A stretch of 64,000 nucleotides of DNA, from assembly GCF_009914755.1 (NCBI RefSeq), contig NC_060938.1; one strand, 5' to 3'. Positions within the stretch are counted from its first letter, which is position 1. Each line of letters starts with the position of its first letter. Shown here one piece after another: positions 1 through 14,216 of this stretch. The notes under the pieces are model-generated. The model did no database searches. It was not told the origin of the DNA and saw nothing but the letters and a program-made list of their open reading frames with translations. This DNA comes from the human T2T-CHM13v2.0 reference genome, Homo sapiens. The position numbers and the translations under genes were made by a program.

Positions 1-187
1 ACAGTTTACTCATAAAGACCATTAATTGATGGACTCTGCTATAATAATTGCCACTGAGAAACAGTTTATATCTAAGGCCATATCTAAATATATCTAGGGT
101 TAGAGAGAGCTTTACAACAAGTAGGTAGATGTTCCACTGCACCCAAGGAGTCCAAAACACTACATTTACTTAAAAACAAAAACTCCT

Positions 188-540
<353 letters not shown>

Positions 541-603
541 TTACGCACCATGTCCTAATAATACAAACTTATAGAATTGATAAACTTCATATAAGTACTA
601 TAC

Positions 604-693
604 TTGTCTTTTTCAACAGTTCCTTGATAAACAGTAAATTGGTCCTGCATATAATCTTCATGTTTACGAAAAACATCACATGTTGGCTTCCAG
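604..693 (-). CDS. C14orf39: C14orf39/SIX6OS1 coding exon 5 (90 nt); gene continues beyond the left window edge
   Basis: Minus strand tttttctatag|CTGGAAGCC...GACAA|gtatag; encodes (N)WKPTCDVFRKHEDYMQDQFTVYQGTVEKD(K), phase-compatible with exon 4. Confidence 0.92.
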
Positions 694-1659
694 CTATAGA
701 AAAAAATATATTTGTAATTAGCAACTCAGAATGATAAACAAATTGATAGAGATAATAAAAAAAAGAACATAATTATTTAAAGAGAAACAAATCTTTCTCT
801 TCCTGGAGAAAACAAGCTTACATCAAGAAAAGTATTTCCATCTCATATCACTCCCACTACCTCCATTCAAGGACTATTATGCTTGAATATCAATATTCAT
901 GAATTTTTATATTAAACTTGTTTTTGAACCATTACTAGGGAAGGAGCAAATGTGACATGGCTGGATTGTGTATTGCTATTGCATTTCTATTATACACTCT
1001 GTAACACTCCAATATCAGCCTTTCTTTCTCATTACATTTCTAAGATTTTGGTCAAAAAAATTCTTTTGGAGTAAGCATTCAAAGAACTAGAATAAGGGCT
1101 AAAGAGAAGTTTTTTTGCTCCTTTAACACTTAGAAAACAGGTGTCACATCATCCTGAATTACAAAAAAAAGAGAAACCAGAGCAAATGAATTACAAAATC
1201 AGACAATAGGAATATAACAAATATTCATCTTATACATTTTTATTATGTAACTTGAAAGAATATTACCAATACAAAAAAATATAAAATTAATATATACCAT
1301 GGCGGCTTCCAGTGTAAGTATTTTTCAAATATTGCCTTTTTTCTAACTTTTTTTTCAGATTCAAAAAGTATACATGCCCAATTTGGAAGCACAGAAAAGT
1401 ATGTGTAAGAAAATAACTATTAATCATATTCTCAATATTGAATAATGACTATTATTGTTTTAATAAATTGTTTCCAGATGTTACTATAATTATACATTTT
1501 AACATCATTGAGAGCTTATCCTCCTTTATCACTTAGTAACAGAACTTGTACTTAAATATATCTGAATTTCTGATCATTTCCTTAGAAAATATTCTCCAAA
1601 ATGAAATTAGAAGATCAAAAATTATACATACATATATTCTCAATATTTTTAAATGTCAT

Positions 1660-1870
1660 AAATACTCATGGTCATAAAGATACCAACAGTAGACATTGGA
1701 AACTAGTAGAGGGGGAAGAGGTGAAAAACTATTGAGTACTATGCTCTCGCTACCTGGGTGATGGGATCAGTTGTACCCCAAACCTCTGCATTACACAATA
1801 TAACTATCTCATAAACTTGCACAAGTGCCCCTGAATCTAAAATAAAAATTGGAATTATTTTAAAATTCCA
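1660..1870 (+). mobile_element. Old L1 3' end fragment (L1PB/L1MA-like)
   Basis: L1 3'UTR motifs TACCTGGGTGATGGGATC...TACCCCAAACCTC...CCCTGAATCTAAAATAAAA. Confidence 0.7.
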
Positions 1871-2224
1871 TAAAACATACATGTTCATTGAGAAGGCATT
1901 CACTATAAGCCTTTTGATGTACATCCTTCTAGACTTTTTGTAATTATATATAAATATACAATTACTAAATTAGCTTATTATGAATATTGTTTTTTAATCT
2001 GCTTTGACCAATTTGTAACTTTAAAAAGCAAGTTGCAGACCTTGCTTTTTAAAAACCTTCCTTTACTGTTAACATCTTCCCATATCCATAAATATACACC
2101 TATATCACAATTTCACTGGCTGCCTAATGTTCATTCATATGGATATACCAAAACTCATTTAACCAGTTCCCTAATGCTGAACATTAGAGTTGCTCCCAAT
2201 ATTTCCTATCATTATAAAAAGGCT

Positions 2225-3545
<1,321 letters not shown>

Positions 3546-3660
3546 AAATGTTCTGTGTATGGAAAAAAAAGACTGACATAAACATTTGGTTGTACATTAC
3601 ATCTTTGAGAGGATCTCTATTTCCTTATGAAAAATTCTCAGAAATGGAATCACTTAATCA

Positions 3661-3800
<140 letters not shown>

Positions 3801-5176
3801 AAATCATGCTTATTTTTAAAGCTTTTAAAATATATACTGGCATGTCATCTAAAAGATTTATACTACTGTACACTCCTACAGTGTATGCGAGTTGATATGC
3901 TTATTTCTTGCCAGTGCTAGGTGTTATTTTTTTAAATCTCAGCAAAACTCAGAGGCAAAAATAATAGCATTTAATTATTGCTTTAATTTAGATATTTCTG
4001 ACTATTAGCAAGATTGAGCATTTCTGCACATGTATTAGACTTGTGTATTTTTTTCATTTTGGTATTTACCCGTTTACCTTCTTTGCTCATTTTTCTAATA
4101 GGACTTTTGCTTTTTCTTATTAATTTCTACAAGTACTTTATGTTTTTAAACAATCCTTATTTGACACTTTTCCTAGCTTATCCTTTTGTCTTTTATATCA
4201 TTATAGGGTATTTTTCTTTTTAATTTGTGTGCAGTCATATTTATCCATCATTTCCTATGTGGTTTCTGATTTTGGTGACATATTTAGAAAGACCTTCCTC
4301 TCTCAAAGATTATATAGCACTTACATTTTTCTAGTACTTTCATAGATTCTTATTTCACATTTAAATCTCATAACCAGTATGTTGAAACCATAAACTAGAG
4401 GTATTCATGAATTTAGACATATTAAAATCAACAGATCCTACTGACTCTCCTCAGACCTAGCAGAAATTAAGCTTTTACAAAGTACAGTGTATCTAGGACA
4501 CGGTAGGTTCTACGGGGAAACTATTAGTACTTTTCCACAACCCAATGCAGCTAATTGAGGAAAACCACTGGTAAAATCTACTACAATAAAACCCAAGTCA
4601 AAATAAAAGAAAATGGTCAACAACATGTAAGTTTTGGCTGATCAGATTACCAAAATATTTAAACACTGACAATTCCAGTGTTGGCAAGAGTATGAGGAAA
4701 TAGGAACTCTCCTACACTGTTTTTTAATAATTCATTTTCTATTTATAAAAGTAATAGTCTTTATAATAAGTCAATCAATGTGTTACTGCATAAAATTTTG
4801 TTCCCATACATTGTTGGTGGGAGCACAAATTGGTATAAACTTTTTGGAGAGCAGTTTGGTATTATCGACCCAATGTTTAAATGTGCATACTCTTTAGCAA
4901 TTTCACTTCTAGGAGCCCATTCTATAGCAATAGATCTCTATATGTGGAAGTATATCTGTACATGACTGGAAATAACCTAAATTTCCATTAATAGGGGAAT
5001 GGCTAAATAACAGGCTACATCAATACCAGAAATACCACGGAGCTGTTAAAAAGAATGAAATATATATAAAATTACATGCACAGTACCATTTACATTAGGT
5101 ATTGTTAAATGTTAAAAAGCAAGTTGCAGAATGAAGTGAGTCCATTTTTGTAAAAAGGAAATACAGCTATATAGAC

Positions 5177-5179
<3 letters not shown>

Positions 5180-5219
<40 letters not shown>
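5180..5219. repeat. (TG)n microsatellite
   Basis: About 20 uninterrupted TG units. Confidence 0.97.
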
Positions 5220-5220
<1 letters not shown>

Positions 5221-5999
5221 TGTGCATAATAATGATGTTGACTCTTCAAGATCTAAAAGGATGTGAGTCATTACCTATGCAGAGGATGACAGGGTAGGGG
5301 ACGGGAACTGCAAGCAGGGAAAAACTATTTACACCATATATGTGTATATTGCTTGAACATTTGTATTTGGTATATGTTACTTTTATAATTTCTTAAAACC
5401 AGTGGGAAAAAACTAATGGGGGAAAAACAAAAAAGGCTTATTAAAATTTTGAATAACAAAATATTTCAAAACAAATATGATCCTAAAATACAGTACTTAC
5501 TACAATGTCCATATAAAACTAAGTACAGAAAATTTATATTTGTAATAAGTCTTTGTTGTTTTTATGTATTTGTTTCAAAATGTCTAGAGTTAACTAGTAG
5601 AATCCAGAACCTGAAGCCATGTTGAAAGAATTCTTAACGTATTAAATATTTTTATTTTGAAAAACTTCAGGCCGTATTCCCTCACACAAAAATAAGATCT
5701 TGAAAATTCAAAAATGGAAATTGTTTCAAATATATTTAATAGGAATTTTATATACTGAGCTTATTCAAAAGTTTATAGTTAGATTAAGTGGATCTGAATT
5801 AGTGAGCTCTTATAGCTGTTTAGTTCTATTTCTCTTCTGATCCTCCTATAATCCCTTTACATAGTGGCATAACAAGGCACATTAAGACTTGATTCATTAG
5901 CTAATACAGAATACTACTTTGAAGGAAGTATCTTCAACTGTAAACTCAAAAACCCTAAATAAAAGAATGCAATGAAAATTGATTCTTTCAAATACTCAC

Positions 6000-6126
6000 T
6001 TTCTACAGTTGTCTTTAATCTCCTCACTATGTTTACAGTAATGATCAATTTCCTCATCTGTTGCATTTATAGTTTCGTGTATCCTACAAATAGTTACTTT
6101 GTTTTCCTTAATATCTTCACAGCATT
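6000..6126 (-). CDS. C14orf39: C14orf39/SIX6OS1 coding exon 4 (127 nt)
   Basis: ttctctttgtag|AATGCTGT...AGAAA|gtgagt; encodes (K)CCEDIKENKVTICRIHETINATDEEIDHYCKHSEEIKDNCR. Confidence 0.94.
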
Positions 6127-7189
6127 CTACAAAGAGAAAATGTTTATTTTCTTAATGTAGAAATAATAAGTTCAAAATAAACAAATAGAGAAAAAAAATG
6201 GGTATGGCAGCTTACCTAAAAGGAAGAGAGCCAGAGAATGGAGAGGAAACGAGGCTTGAGATGGGTGGGACCGTATACTAAAATGCAGAGAACCAGGGCC
6301 AGGCCTGATCCTAGAGCCAGAAGCTAAGAAGATTTTCAGTTTGGGAATGATGAAAAAATAAATGTCCCTTGTACCTCATCTTTAACATAAAAGGGCTAGA
6401 TTCAGTGATATCTAAGGTCAATCGTATCTTAAGATGCTATGAATTCTTGCAAACATTTATTCGTTAATGACACTAATAGAAGCCTTCTGTTTTTGACAAA
6501 TGTGAAATTTCTATTCATCAATTCTATGTCAATTATTAAACGCACTTTCAACTCACTTATTTCTGTTACTAGTGATTAAATAGAAGATAAAATGGACATA
6601 ATTTCTTAAAAAGATTAAAATAAATTCTTAATATTCTGTATTCTTTTTTGATTGCAGAAAATATAACCAAACTCTACCTTTTCAGAACGATGAAGAAATT
6701 TAGAACTCTATTTTTTATAGTTGTTTTGTTGGATCTTAAAATACTATACAGTATTTGTGTGATTTGCCTTGCTATTTCTCTGATAACATTATTTTTCAGA
6801 ATTATTATTCCTGAAAATGTGGCATCTATCGATTTTGATCCCTGATTTCTGGTGGTTTCTATAAAGATAAAAAAAATTTCACTCAACTATTTGAAATAAC
6901 TTGTTATTAGAGAAAAATAACATCTTTTCCACTGCACCTAAGGGGTCATTTCTACTTAAGACAAAATTCTTCATAAAATAATTAAATGCTGAATATAGAA
7001 GTTTATTATCAAACAACTATAGTTAAGTCACATCTATTTCGTCTAGGGTAAATAGTTTATTTGTCGCTAGAGAGAACTGACACAAAAGTTATAACGCCAA
7101 CAATAAGTTGCCCTAAACAGAGCAATTGTATGTTATATGCCATAAGGAATTAAAAGACTAAAATATCTTGATCATGCAAAGCTACTTAC

Positions 7190-7246
7190 TATTAATTCTT
7201 TGAATCATCTCTTCTTTAGTACTTATGTCTTGCTCATACTGGAAGA
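7190..7246 (-). CDS. C14orf39: C14orf39/SIX6OS1 coding exon 3 (57 nt)
   Basis: tattttag|TCTTCCAG...AATA|gtaagt; encodes (V)FQYEQDISTKEEMIQRIN. Confidence 0.94.
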
Positions 7247-7338
7247 CTAAAATAAATAATTATCTTGTGACTTCAATTCATTGTTAAAATATCAAATGAT
7301 CATACAAAAAGCTACCTATTTTTTCACTTTATACCTAC

Positions 7339-7387
7339 CAAATTCTAGCAAAAGTCTGTCCAAACTGACAAACAGGCTGTCATTCAT
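7339..7387 (-). CDS. C14orf39: C14orf39/SIX6OS1 exon 2 coding part with start codon (whole exon 7339-7395)
   Basis: aacatag|tatccaagATGAATGAC...TTTG|gtaggt; MNDSLFVSLDRLLLEF matches my recollection of the SIX6OS1 N-terminus; exons 2-5 join into one open frame. Confidence 0.94.
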
Positions 7388-7499
7388 CTTGGATACTATG
7401 TTAAATGAAAAAAAAAATTATAAGATTTTCTGAAGTCGTATGCAAAACAGGATATATTTCGTAACGACCTTTTCAATATAGCATTCTTCACAGGAACAT

Positions 7500-8560
7500 G
7501 TGGGCAGAGCCAGAACTGGAAGACGAGAGGCCCCCTTGAGCCCATGGCGACATTCCCAGCCCCTTCCCGGGCCAAGCCCAACGAGCGCTTCAGAAATCGT
7601 TGTTGAGTCGGGGCACGACTTGAAGTTTTGGGGATGGGGTGGGAAGCACCCGCATAACCGCTTATGCGTGGGATTGCAACAAGCATCCGGATCTTCCAGG
7701 GTTCACGGACACCCAGATTTCTCCACAGGATATGCCCTTTAAAGTAAACGCTCTGAATATGTCCCTTGGTGGCGTGTGTACAACCACGTGCAGCAAAATT
7801 CTAACGAAAGCCCTTCCCCAACACCCGGGTAAACCTAGAGAAACAGTGCGATTTCGCATTTACGAATTTACCACGAAGAATAAAAAAAATGGAGGTTTTC
7901 ACAGAACAGCCAATTCGCATTACGGCATACGCCTGAGGCGGGGTTCCTGTCTACCGTGCCCCTCAGAGCCCAGGAACCACAGCCCGTGCGCCTCCCGCAG
8001 TGGGAGTTCGCCGGCCGACTCCCACCCTCACAGCCTCCTGTCCTGGCTTCCCCTCGCCCGAGGCTGCAACACCGCATCCCCCCCATCCCCCGCCGCGCCC
8101 TCAGCCTCGGGCCGCACCAACCCAGGTGATAAGGCGACTCCGGTCGCTCTGAGGGGCAGGGCCAGCCAGCCCCCTCCCACCCACGCACACGCTCCCCCTC
8201 AGGGCCGCCGGCCCAGAGAAAAACCGCCACATGCAGCTCCCTTCCACACGCACCTAAACAGCTCCTCTGGACCCGAACGCCCACACCCTCCCTCCCTGGG
8301 GTCCCAAACTCCACTCAGGACGCCACAGCGGATCCTAACTACAAACGGTCCCCGGAGCCCTGGCCTGTACTCGCTCAGCCCCGCCCCCACGCCCCTGGTG
8401 CCAGCCCTGAGAGACCCCGCGGAGCACGCCGCGGGAGCCGCAGATCGCGCTGAAGAGCAGCGAGATCGCGCTCTGGACGAGACCTGCGCGGCTGCAACCG
8501 CTCCTTCTTCGCGGGTGGAAGCGCGGAATAAGCCCCGTAAAACCACAGAAGTGGGTGCTG
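7500..8560. promoter_or_regulatory. C14orf39: CpG island / C14orf39 proximal promoter
   Basis: High GC and CpG density in an AT-rich background; GC box CCCCGCCCC near 8379. Confidence 0.88.
8254..8355 (-). other. C14orf39: C14orf39 non-coding exon 1 (5' end approximate)
   Basis: Minus-strand donor TAG|GTGCGT at 8254/8253 within the CpG island; no ATG in the exon; TSS position inferred. Confidence 0.7.
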
Positions 8561-9269
8561 GAGTTAGAGGACCCTCAAAGAAGTAGAGACCTGTCAGAGA
8601 CTCTCCTGTTTTCTTGAAGACAAGTGTTTTTTAAAGCCTATTTATTCCTCTTGTAACAAGTTTTTAAAAATATTTTGGAGTACAACAATAAAATTGATAT
8701 TAACTTTTAACAAGAGTAAAAAATACTCAATTCAATAATCAAAATTCAATTCTGAATTCAGCATTTTTCAAAACATCTTAAAAAGCAAGCACAACTCAAA
8801 TACATATTAGTTGAATGGACATTTTGAGACTGACTCATTTGCTCAGTTTCAAATAAAGTACATTTTCTGCCCAAAATGCTGTCTTTAGGTAATTTATGCT
8901 CTTAGGCTTTGTCTGCCTATCCAAAGTGAAATAAAGAGTGTAAACAAAATCATTAAGCAGTTCAGTCCTCCAAAGTGCCTCAATCCTTTGTATATTTCTC
9001 GTAGAAATGTTTTTAACCGTAAATGATCACAATAATTGTCTCAAGTCACCAAAACCTAAGCTGTTTCACGGAATATTTAAGTGAAAAAGAAGGTTTCAGA
9101 AGTTTTTCTTCCTTAAGTGCCTCAGATCAGATATGCATAACCAATTTTATTATAGTGTGCTGTCATATTGCTCACTAGTTGGTATTAATATTCAACAAAA
9201 CTAACATGTTTTGATAATGTAACAATTTAGCAGATTTATTCTTTTGTGTGTGTGTGAAAAATCTTTTAC

Positions 9270-9798
9270 TTAGTTTTTCCAGCTTTATTGAGGCATAATT
9301 GACAAATAAAAATTGTATTTACCACGTACATGATATTTGGACGTATACATACATTGTGAAATGATCACCACGATCAAGTTAATTTGTATAACACATCCAT
9401 CACCTCATATAATCATTTTTGGGTGTGTGTGGTGAGAACCTTTAAGATCTACTCTCTTAGCAAGTTTCAAGGACACAATACAGTATTATTAACTATAGTC
9501 ACCATGCTGTACATTAGATCTCCAGAACTTATTCAATCTGCCTAACTGAAACTTCGTACCCTTTGACCAACATATTTCCTCATTCCCACCTCCTCCCTCC
9601 CCCAGCCACTGGCAACCACCATTCTACTCTCTGCTTCTATGGGCTCAGCTTTTTCAGATTCCACCTACAAGTGAAGTCATATAGTATTTGTCTTTCTGTG
9701 CCTGACTTACTTCAATTAGCATAATGTCCCACAGGCTCATCCATCATCCATGTGGTCACAAATGACAAGATTCCTTCTCTGTTAAAGCTGAATAAAAG

Positions 9799-9829
<31 letters not shown>

Positions 9830-10320
9830 TTATCCATTCATTGACAAATGAATGGATAGGTTGAGTATATATCTTGGCTATTGTGAATAATGTTGCAGTG
9901 AACATGAGAGCACAGACATCTGTTCCACAAAGTGATTTTATATTCTTTGGATATGTATTCAAAAGTGGGATTGCTGGGTCTTATGATAGTTCTATTTTTA
10001 AATTTTGAGAAGTCTCTTCACTGTTTCCCTAATGGCGGTACCCATTTGCATTCCCGCAAAGAGTGTACAACTTTTCCTTTTTTCCATATCCTTGTCAACA
10101 CTTGTTGCCTTTTTTATCATAGTCATTCTAACAGGTGTGACGTATCCTATTGTGGTTTTGATTTGCATTTCGCTATGATTATTGACGTTCAGCATTTCTT
10201 TATATATCTGTTGGCGATTTGCACATCTTCTTTTGAGCAATGTCTATTCAGGTCCTTTGCCCATTTTTAATCAGATTGTTTGTTTTCTTGCTTAGTTGAG
10301 TTCCTTATTTAGATATTAAC
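9270..10320 (-). mobile_element. L1MA/MB 3' fragment containing a (TG)n tract at 9802-9828
   Basis: Reverse L1M 3'UTR (CTTTATTGAGGCATAATTGACAAATAAAAATTG) and ORF2 C-terminal remnants. Confidence 0.85.
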
Positions 10321-10649
10321 CCAAATTTACTCTTATTACATTTGTTTATATTTATTAACTACTTCTTTTTAGGAAAACATAGGAAAGCAAATATAAAGTG
10401 TAAATCTATTTTGTCTTACTGGCACTACATTGCTATGACTGTCAAGAAAATTTAGTAGGTAAAAAGTTAGTCTACTTCAATTTAACACTAGATTTTCTTA
10501 TGAAAATTTGTAGAAATCTAGAAACACCACCTTACTGAGATCTGAAAATCAATTTATTTGCATTTAAATTCACATCTATACATATCCTAATTACCCTCAT
10601 AAAAATATACCTAAGTTCTACCAACACCACTACCATCTATCTTATTCCA

Positions 10650-12545
10650 TTCCAAAATTTTCTTCTGGAAAAGCAATGAAGATGCTCCATCTACTGGAGA
10701 GTTTTAAATAAATTTTATTTCCCTCTCTCCCTATTCCCTCTCACTCCAGTGAATTACAGTGCTCCATTTGAAAAATTATAGAACTTTGACTCAGATAAAC
10801 ATTTATCTTAACAAATCATTTTCTGGGAAAGTACTCCCACAAGATAAAATTTTCCTTATCTATTATTGACACCTTTGCCTCTTGATCCATAATCAACAAT
10901 CTGAAGAAATCCATTACTTAAACCTGCTGCTCATTCTAATTGCACGGTATTCCTTTTCTTCCTTTTATTGCTTAATTTATCTAATAGGAAGCTTGTGTTT
11001 CCTACCTACAATTCCTCTCCACTCATTTCCTAATTGACCTTTTCAATTTAACTACTATCTCCATCACATTTAACTACTTTCTCAGGTAATCAAGACAACA
11101 TTTTAATTCCAAATCTTATGGTCTTTTCTCAGTCTTATCCTCCTCCCTTCCTTTTTTTCTTACTCTCTTCCATACTTGGTTCCATTTAAACTCTCTGCAA
11201 TCCTGACTTCCAAGACACTACTCTCTTCTGGTTCTCCCACCTCTCCTATCTGCCCCTCAGATTTCATCTTCTATTTCTTTCCCCCTCACCATCACCATGG
11301 ACTCTAACCAAGATTTTTTTCCTTAACTCTACCCTTTTCTTTTTTGGGGGTCATGCATCCATAGTAACTTCAATTATCACACCTGTGCTTATGAGTCCCA
11401 AATCTTTACTTCCAGTCCTATCCTATTATCAGGGAGTTATCCAAATATTTATCTTTATATGCTTTCCATCAATCTTGATTTAACCTGATCTAAATCCAAA
11501 GTCATCTCCCATAAATAATTATTCACAAAGTCTTGCTGATTTTTTCTTTGATATTTTCTTTGTATGCATCCAGTCAACTCTATAAACAATCTTTGCAGTC
11601 AGGCAGATATGGATTTAACTTCTGGATCTGTCATTTGTTAAGTCAAAACTTTGGGCAAGTTTCTAATCCAAGCTTTCGTTTCCTCACATATAAAGTGGAA
11701 ATTGTAATAACTCCAACATCATGGAATAGTTATGAAGATTAAATAAAATAATTTCTATAAAGCCCCTAATATAATGCCCAGCACATAGTATATAGAAAAT
11801 ATAGAAGACATTGGAATGAAACTTCTTCAAATTCCAGCTATCAAACATATGATCCTACTTAAATCTTCATTAATCTATCCTCCTTCTGTTCTGTTACAAT
11901 AGTGGAACTCTCTCTCCTCTTACCTAAAGCCAATTCCTCCACCTGTATTTGAGTACCATCTCCTCTTACCTCCTCAGAAGCGTTAAAATATCAAATATGC
12001 CTTTTCTCTTATGTGTATTCAATCTCTTCCATTTAATTGGATCCCTCTCATCAGCTTTAAACATGGTCAAGTCTATACCAGAAAATGAAAGAGAGAGAAT
12101 CTTCCCTAGACATTAAAGGTTTTATGAGTCAACATCATATTTCTCTCACAGCCAACCTGATTTCTAAACAGTTGTCTAAACTCACAGTCTCCCTCCTCTT
12201 TTCTTACTCCAATCTGCCTTCCAATGCCATTATGCCATAAAATTTGTTCTAAGATGACAATGACCTCATGACACTGAATCCAATGAACATGTTTCAGTCA
12301 TTAACTGACCTGACCTCTGCATTATCACTTTTCCTTCTTAAAACACCGCAGTAGCTGCATGATTTTTCTCCCATCTCTCATAATTTTCTCTATCTTCTCT
12401 TTCAGCCTCCTCTCCTTCCACTCAGCCATTAAATGTTGTAAATCTCAGATTCAGTCCTAGGCCTTTTTTCATCTGTACTCCATGTGCATGGTTTCTAATG
12501 CAACCACTATACAGGTGACTCACAATGTGTATCTCTAGCCTAGAC
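10650..12545. mobile_element. Degraded L2 fragments with an embedded MIR (about 11595-11790)
   Basis: Pyrimidine-rich L2 motifs (TCCAATCTGCCTTCC...CAATGACCTC; TTCAATTATCAC...TCCCAAATC); MIR core TTTCCTCACATATAAAGTGG. Confidence 0.6.
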
Positions 12546-12636
12546 CTCTAGTATCAATCCAAGTCAGTAATTGCAAACAACAGAAATTAATTCTGGCTGA
12601 TTTAAGCAAAGGTGAAATTTGTTTGAAGAATACTGG

Positions 12637-12754
12637 GACCAGGCATGGTGGCTCACACCTGTAATCCCAGGACTTTGGGAGGTCAGGGCACAAGGATTGC
12701 TTGAGCCCAGGAGTTCAAGACCAGCCTGGGAAACACAGAGAAAACCCATCTCTA

Positions 12755-12797
<43 letters not shown>

Positions 12798-12955
12798 ATA
12801 GGTGCACATCTGTAGTCCTAACTACTTGGGAGGCTGGGGCGGGAAGATCACTTGAGCCCAGGAATTCAAGGTTGTGGCGAGCTATGATCGCACCACTGCA
12901 CTCCAGCTTAGGCAACAGAATAAGATCCTGCCTCTAAAAAATAATAATAAAGTAA
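12637..12955 (+). mobile_element. AluJ with (TAAA)n expansion in the middle A-rich linker (12755-12800)
   Basis: GGATTGCTTGAGCCCAGGAGTTCAAG in both arms (AluJ-like); about 11 TAAA units. Confidence 0.88.
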
Positions 12956-13427
12956 AAAATTTTAAAAATGTTACTGTGTAACACAAAACTCCCCAGAATA
13001 GCTAGAGAACCAGACTCATGTGCTATACAGCAAGAAGCAAAAACCAAACTCATACCACAGATTTGGTAGTCGAGACACCATCACTACAACCAAGCACTGA
13101 GGACTGCAGCTCACATCACTATCATGAGCACTACCACAACTGCCCTACAAACTCTATCTTACTTTAACTGTCACCTATTAACAGATAGGATTCTTTCTAG
13201 GGCACACTTGCTGGTGTCACTCATTCCAATTCAAAATCTTGGGTAGATATATTTCATTAAAGAAGCCTATGACACATAAATCTCTTCTTCCTCCCAGACT
13301 GTTAGGGTAAAATACTTTCCAAACATAAGAATTGGATTTAAATGCTGGGCAGTCAAAAGGAAAAGCAACTGTTCATGACACCTATCCTGAGTTCCAGACC
13401 CACGTATCTAATTGCTGACGTGATAAG

Positions 13428-13773
13428 CTATCTTAGTCCATCCTGCACTATAACAAAACACCACTACCTAGATAATTCATAAATAATAGAAATTTATTTC
13501 TCACAGTTTTTGAGGTCAGTAAGTCCAACACTGAGGCACTGGCAGATTCAGTGTCTGGTAAGGGCACACTCTTTGCTTCCAAAATGGTGTCTTGTTGCTG
13601 TCCTCCGGAGAGGACAAATGCTATGTCCCAACATGGTGAAGAGGACAAAGTCTTTCCCTCAAGCCCTTTTATAGGCACTAATACTAAGCCCTCATCACGC
13701 CTCTTAATACTATTACATTAGGGATTAAGTTTCAACATGAATTGTGGAGGGACACAAACATTCAAACCACAGC
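13428..13773. mobile_element. MaLR LTR (MST/MLT1A-like)
   Basis: TATCTTAGTCC...ATAACAAAACACCA...AGAAATTTATTTCTCACAGTT...CAAACATTCAAACCACAGCA termini. Confidence 0.8.
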
Positions 13774-13789
13774 ACAAGCTCAAACACAG

Positions 13790-14127
13790 CTCATGTATTT
13801 CCCCCACTAATGCTGACCTCCTTCATCCTTTTCATTAATGAGACCAGAATCTATTTGTGCATACCAGAAACCTAGACCGTGACAACCTTCCTCTCCTATC
13901 ATCCCCCACATCAAATCCATCATAAATCCTACCAATTTTTCCTCTTAAATATCTTCCATCCATTTTTCTCTATTTCAGCTGCCGCCATCTAAATTCATTC
14001 TCTCACCTGGATTATTGTACTAACTTCCAAACTGGTTTTGCCACATATCTACTCTAGCCCTCTTGCCCATTCTCTCTCCATCCTGTGACAGAGCAATTCT
14101 TAAATGTAAATATTCTCTCTCTCTTTT

Positions 14128-14161
<34 letters not shown>

Positions 14162-14216
14162 CCCTATGTTAAAGCATGTTAATGACTTCCTATCATTCTA
14201 AGAATAAGGACAAAAT
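13790..14216. mobile_element. L2 fragment, left half, split by the SALL4 retrocopy; continues at 19316-19700
   Basis: L2 text ...TTCCTATCATTCTAAGAATAAGGACAAAAT joins TCTTATCATGGCCTACAGGGACC after the insertion; (CT)n(CA)n at 14114-14160. Confidence 0.7.

Noticed and set aside
7639-8586. 315-aa + strand ORF across the C14orf39 CpG island
   Set aside because: GTG start, Pro/Ala/Arg/Ser-rich low-complexity translation, no domain; expected from stop-codon scarcity in GC-rich DNA antisense to a real exon
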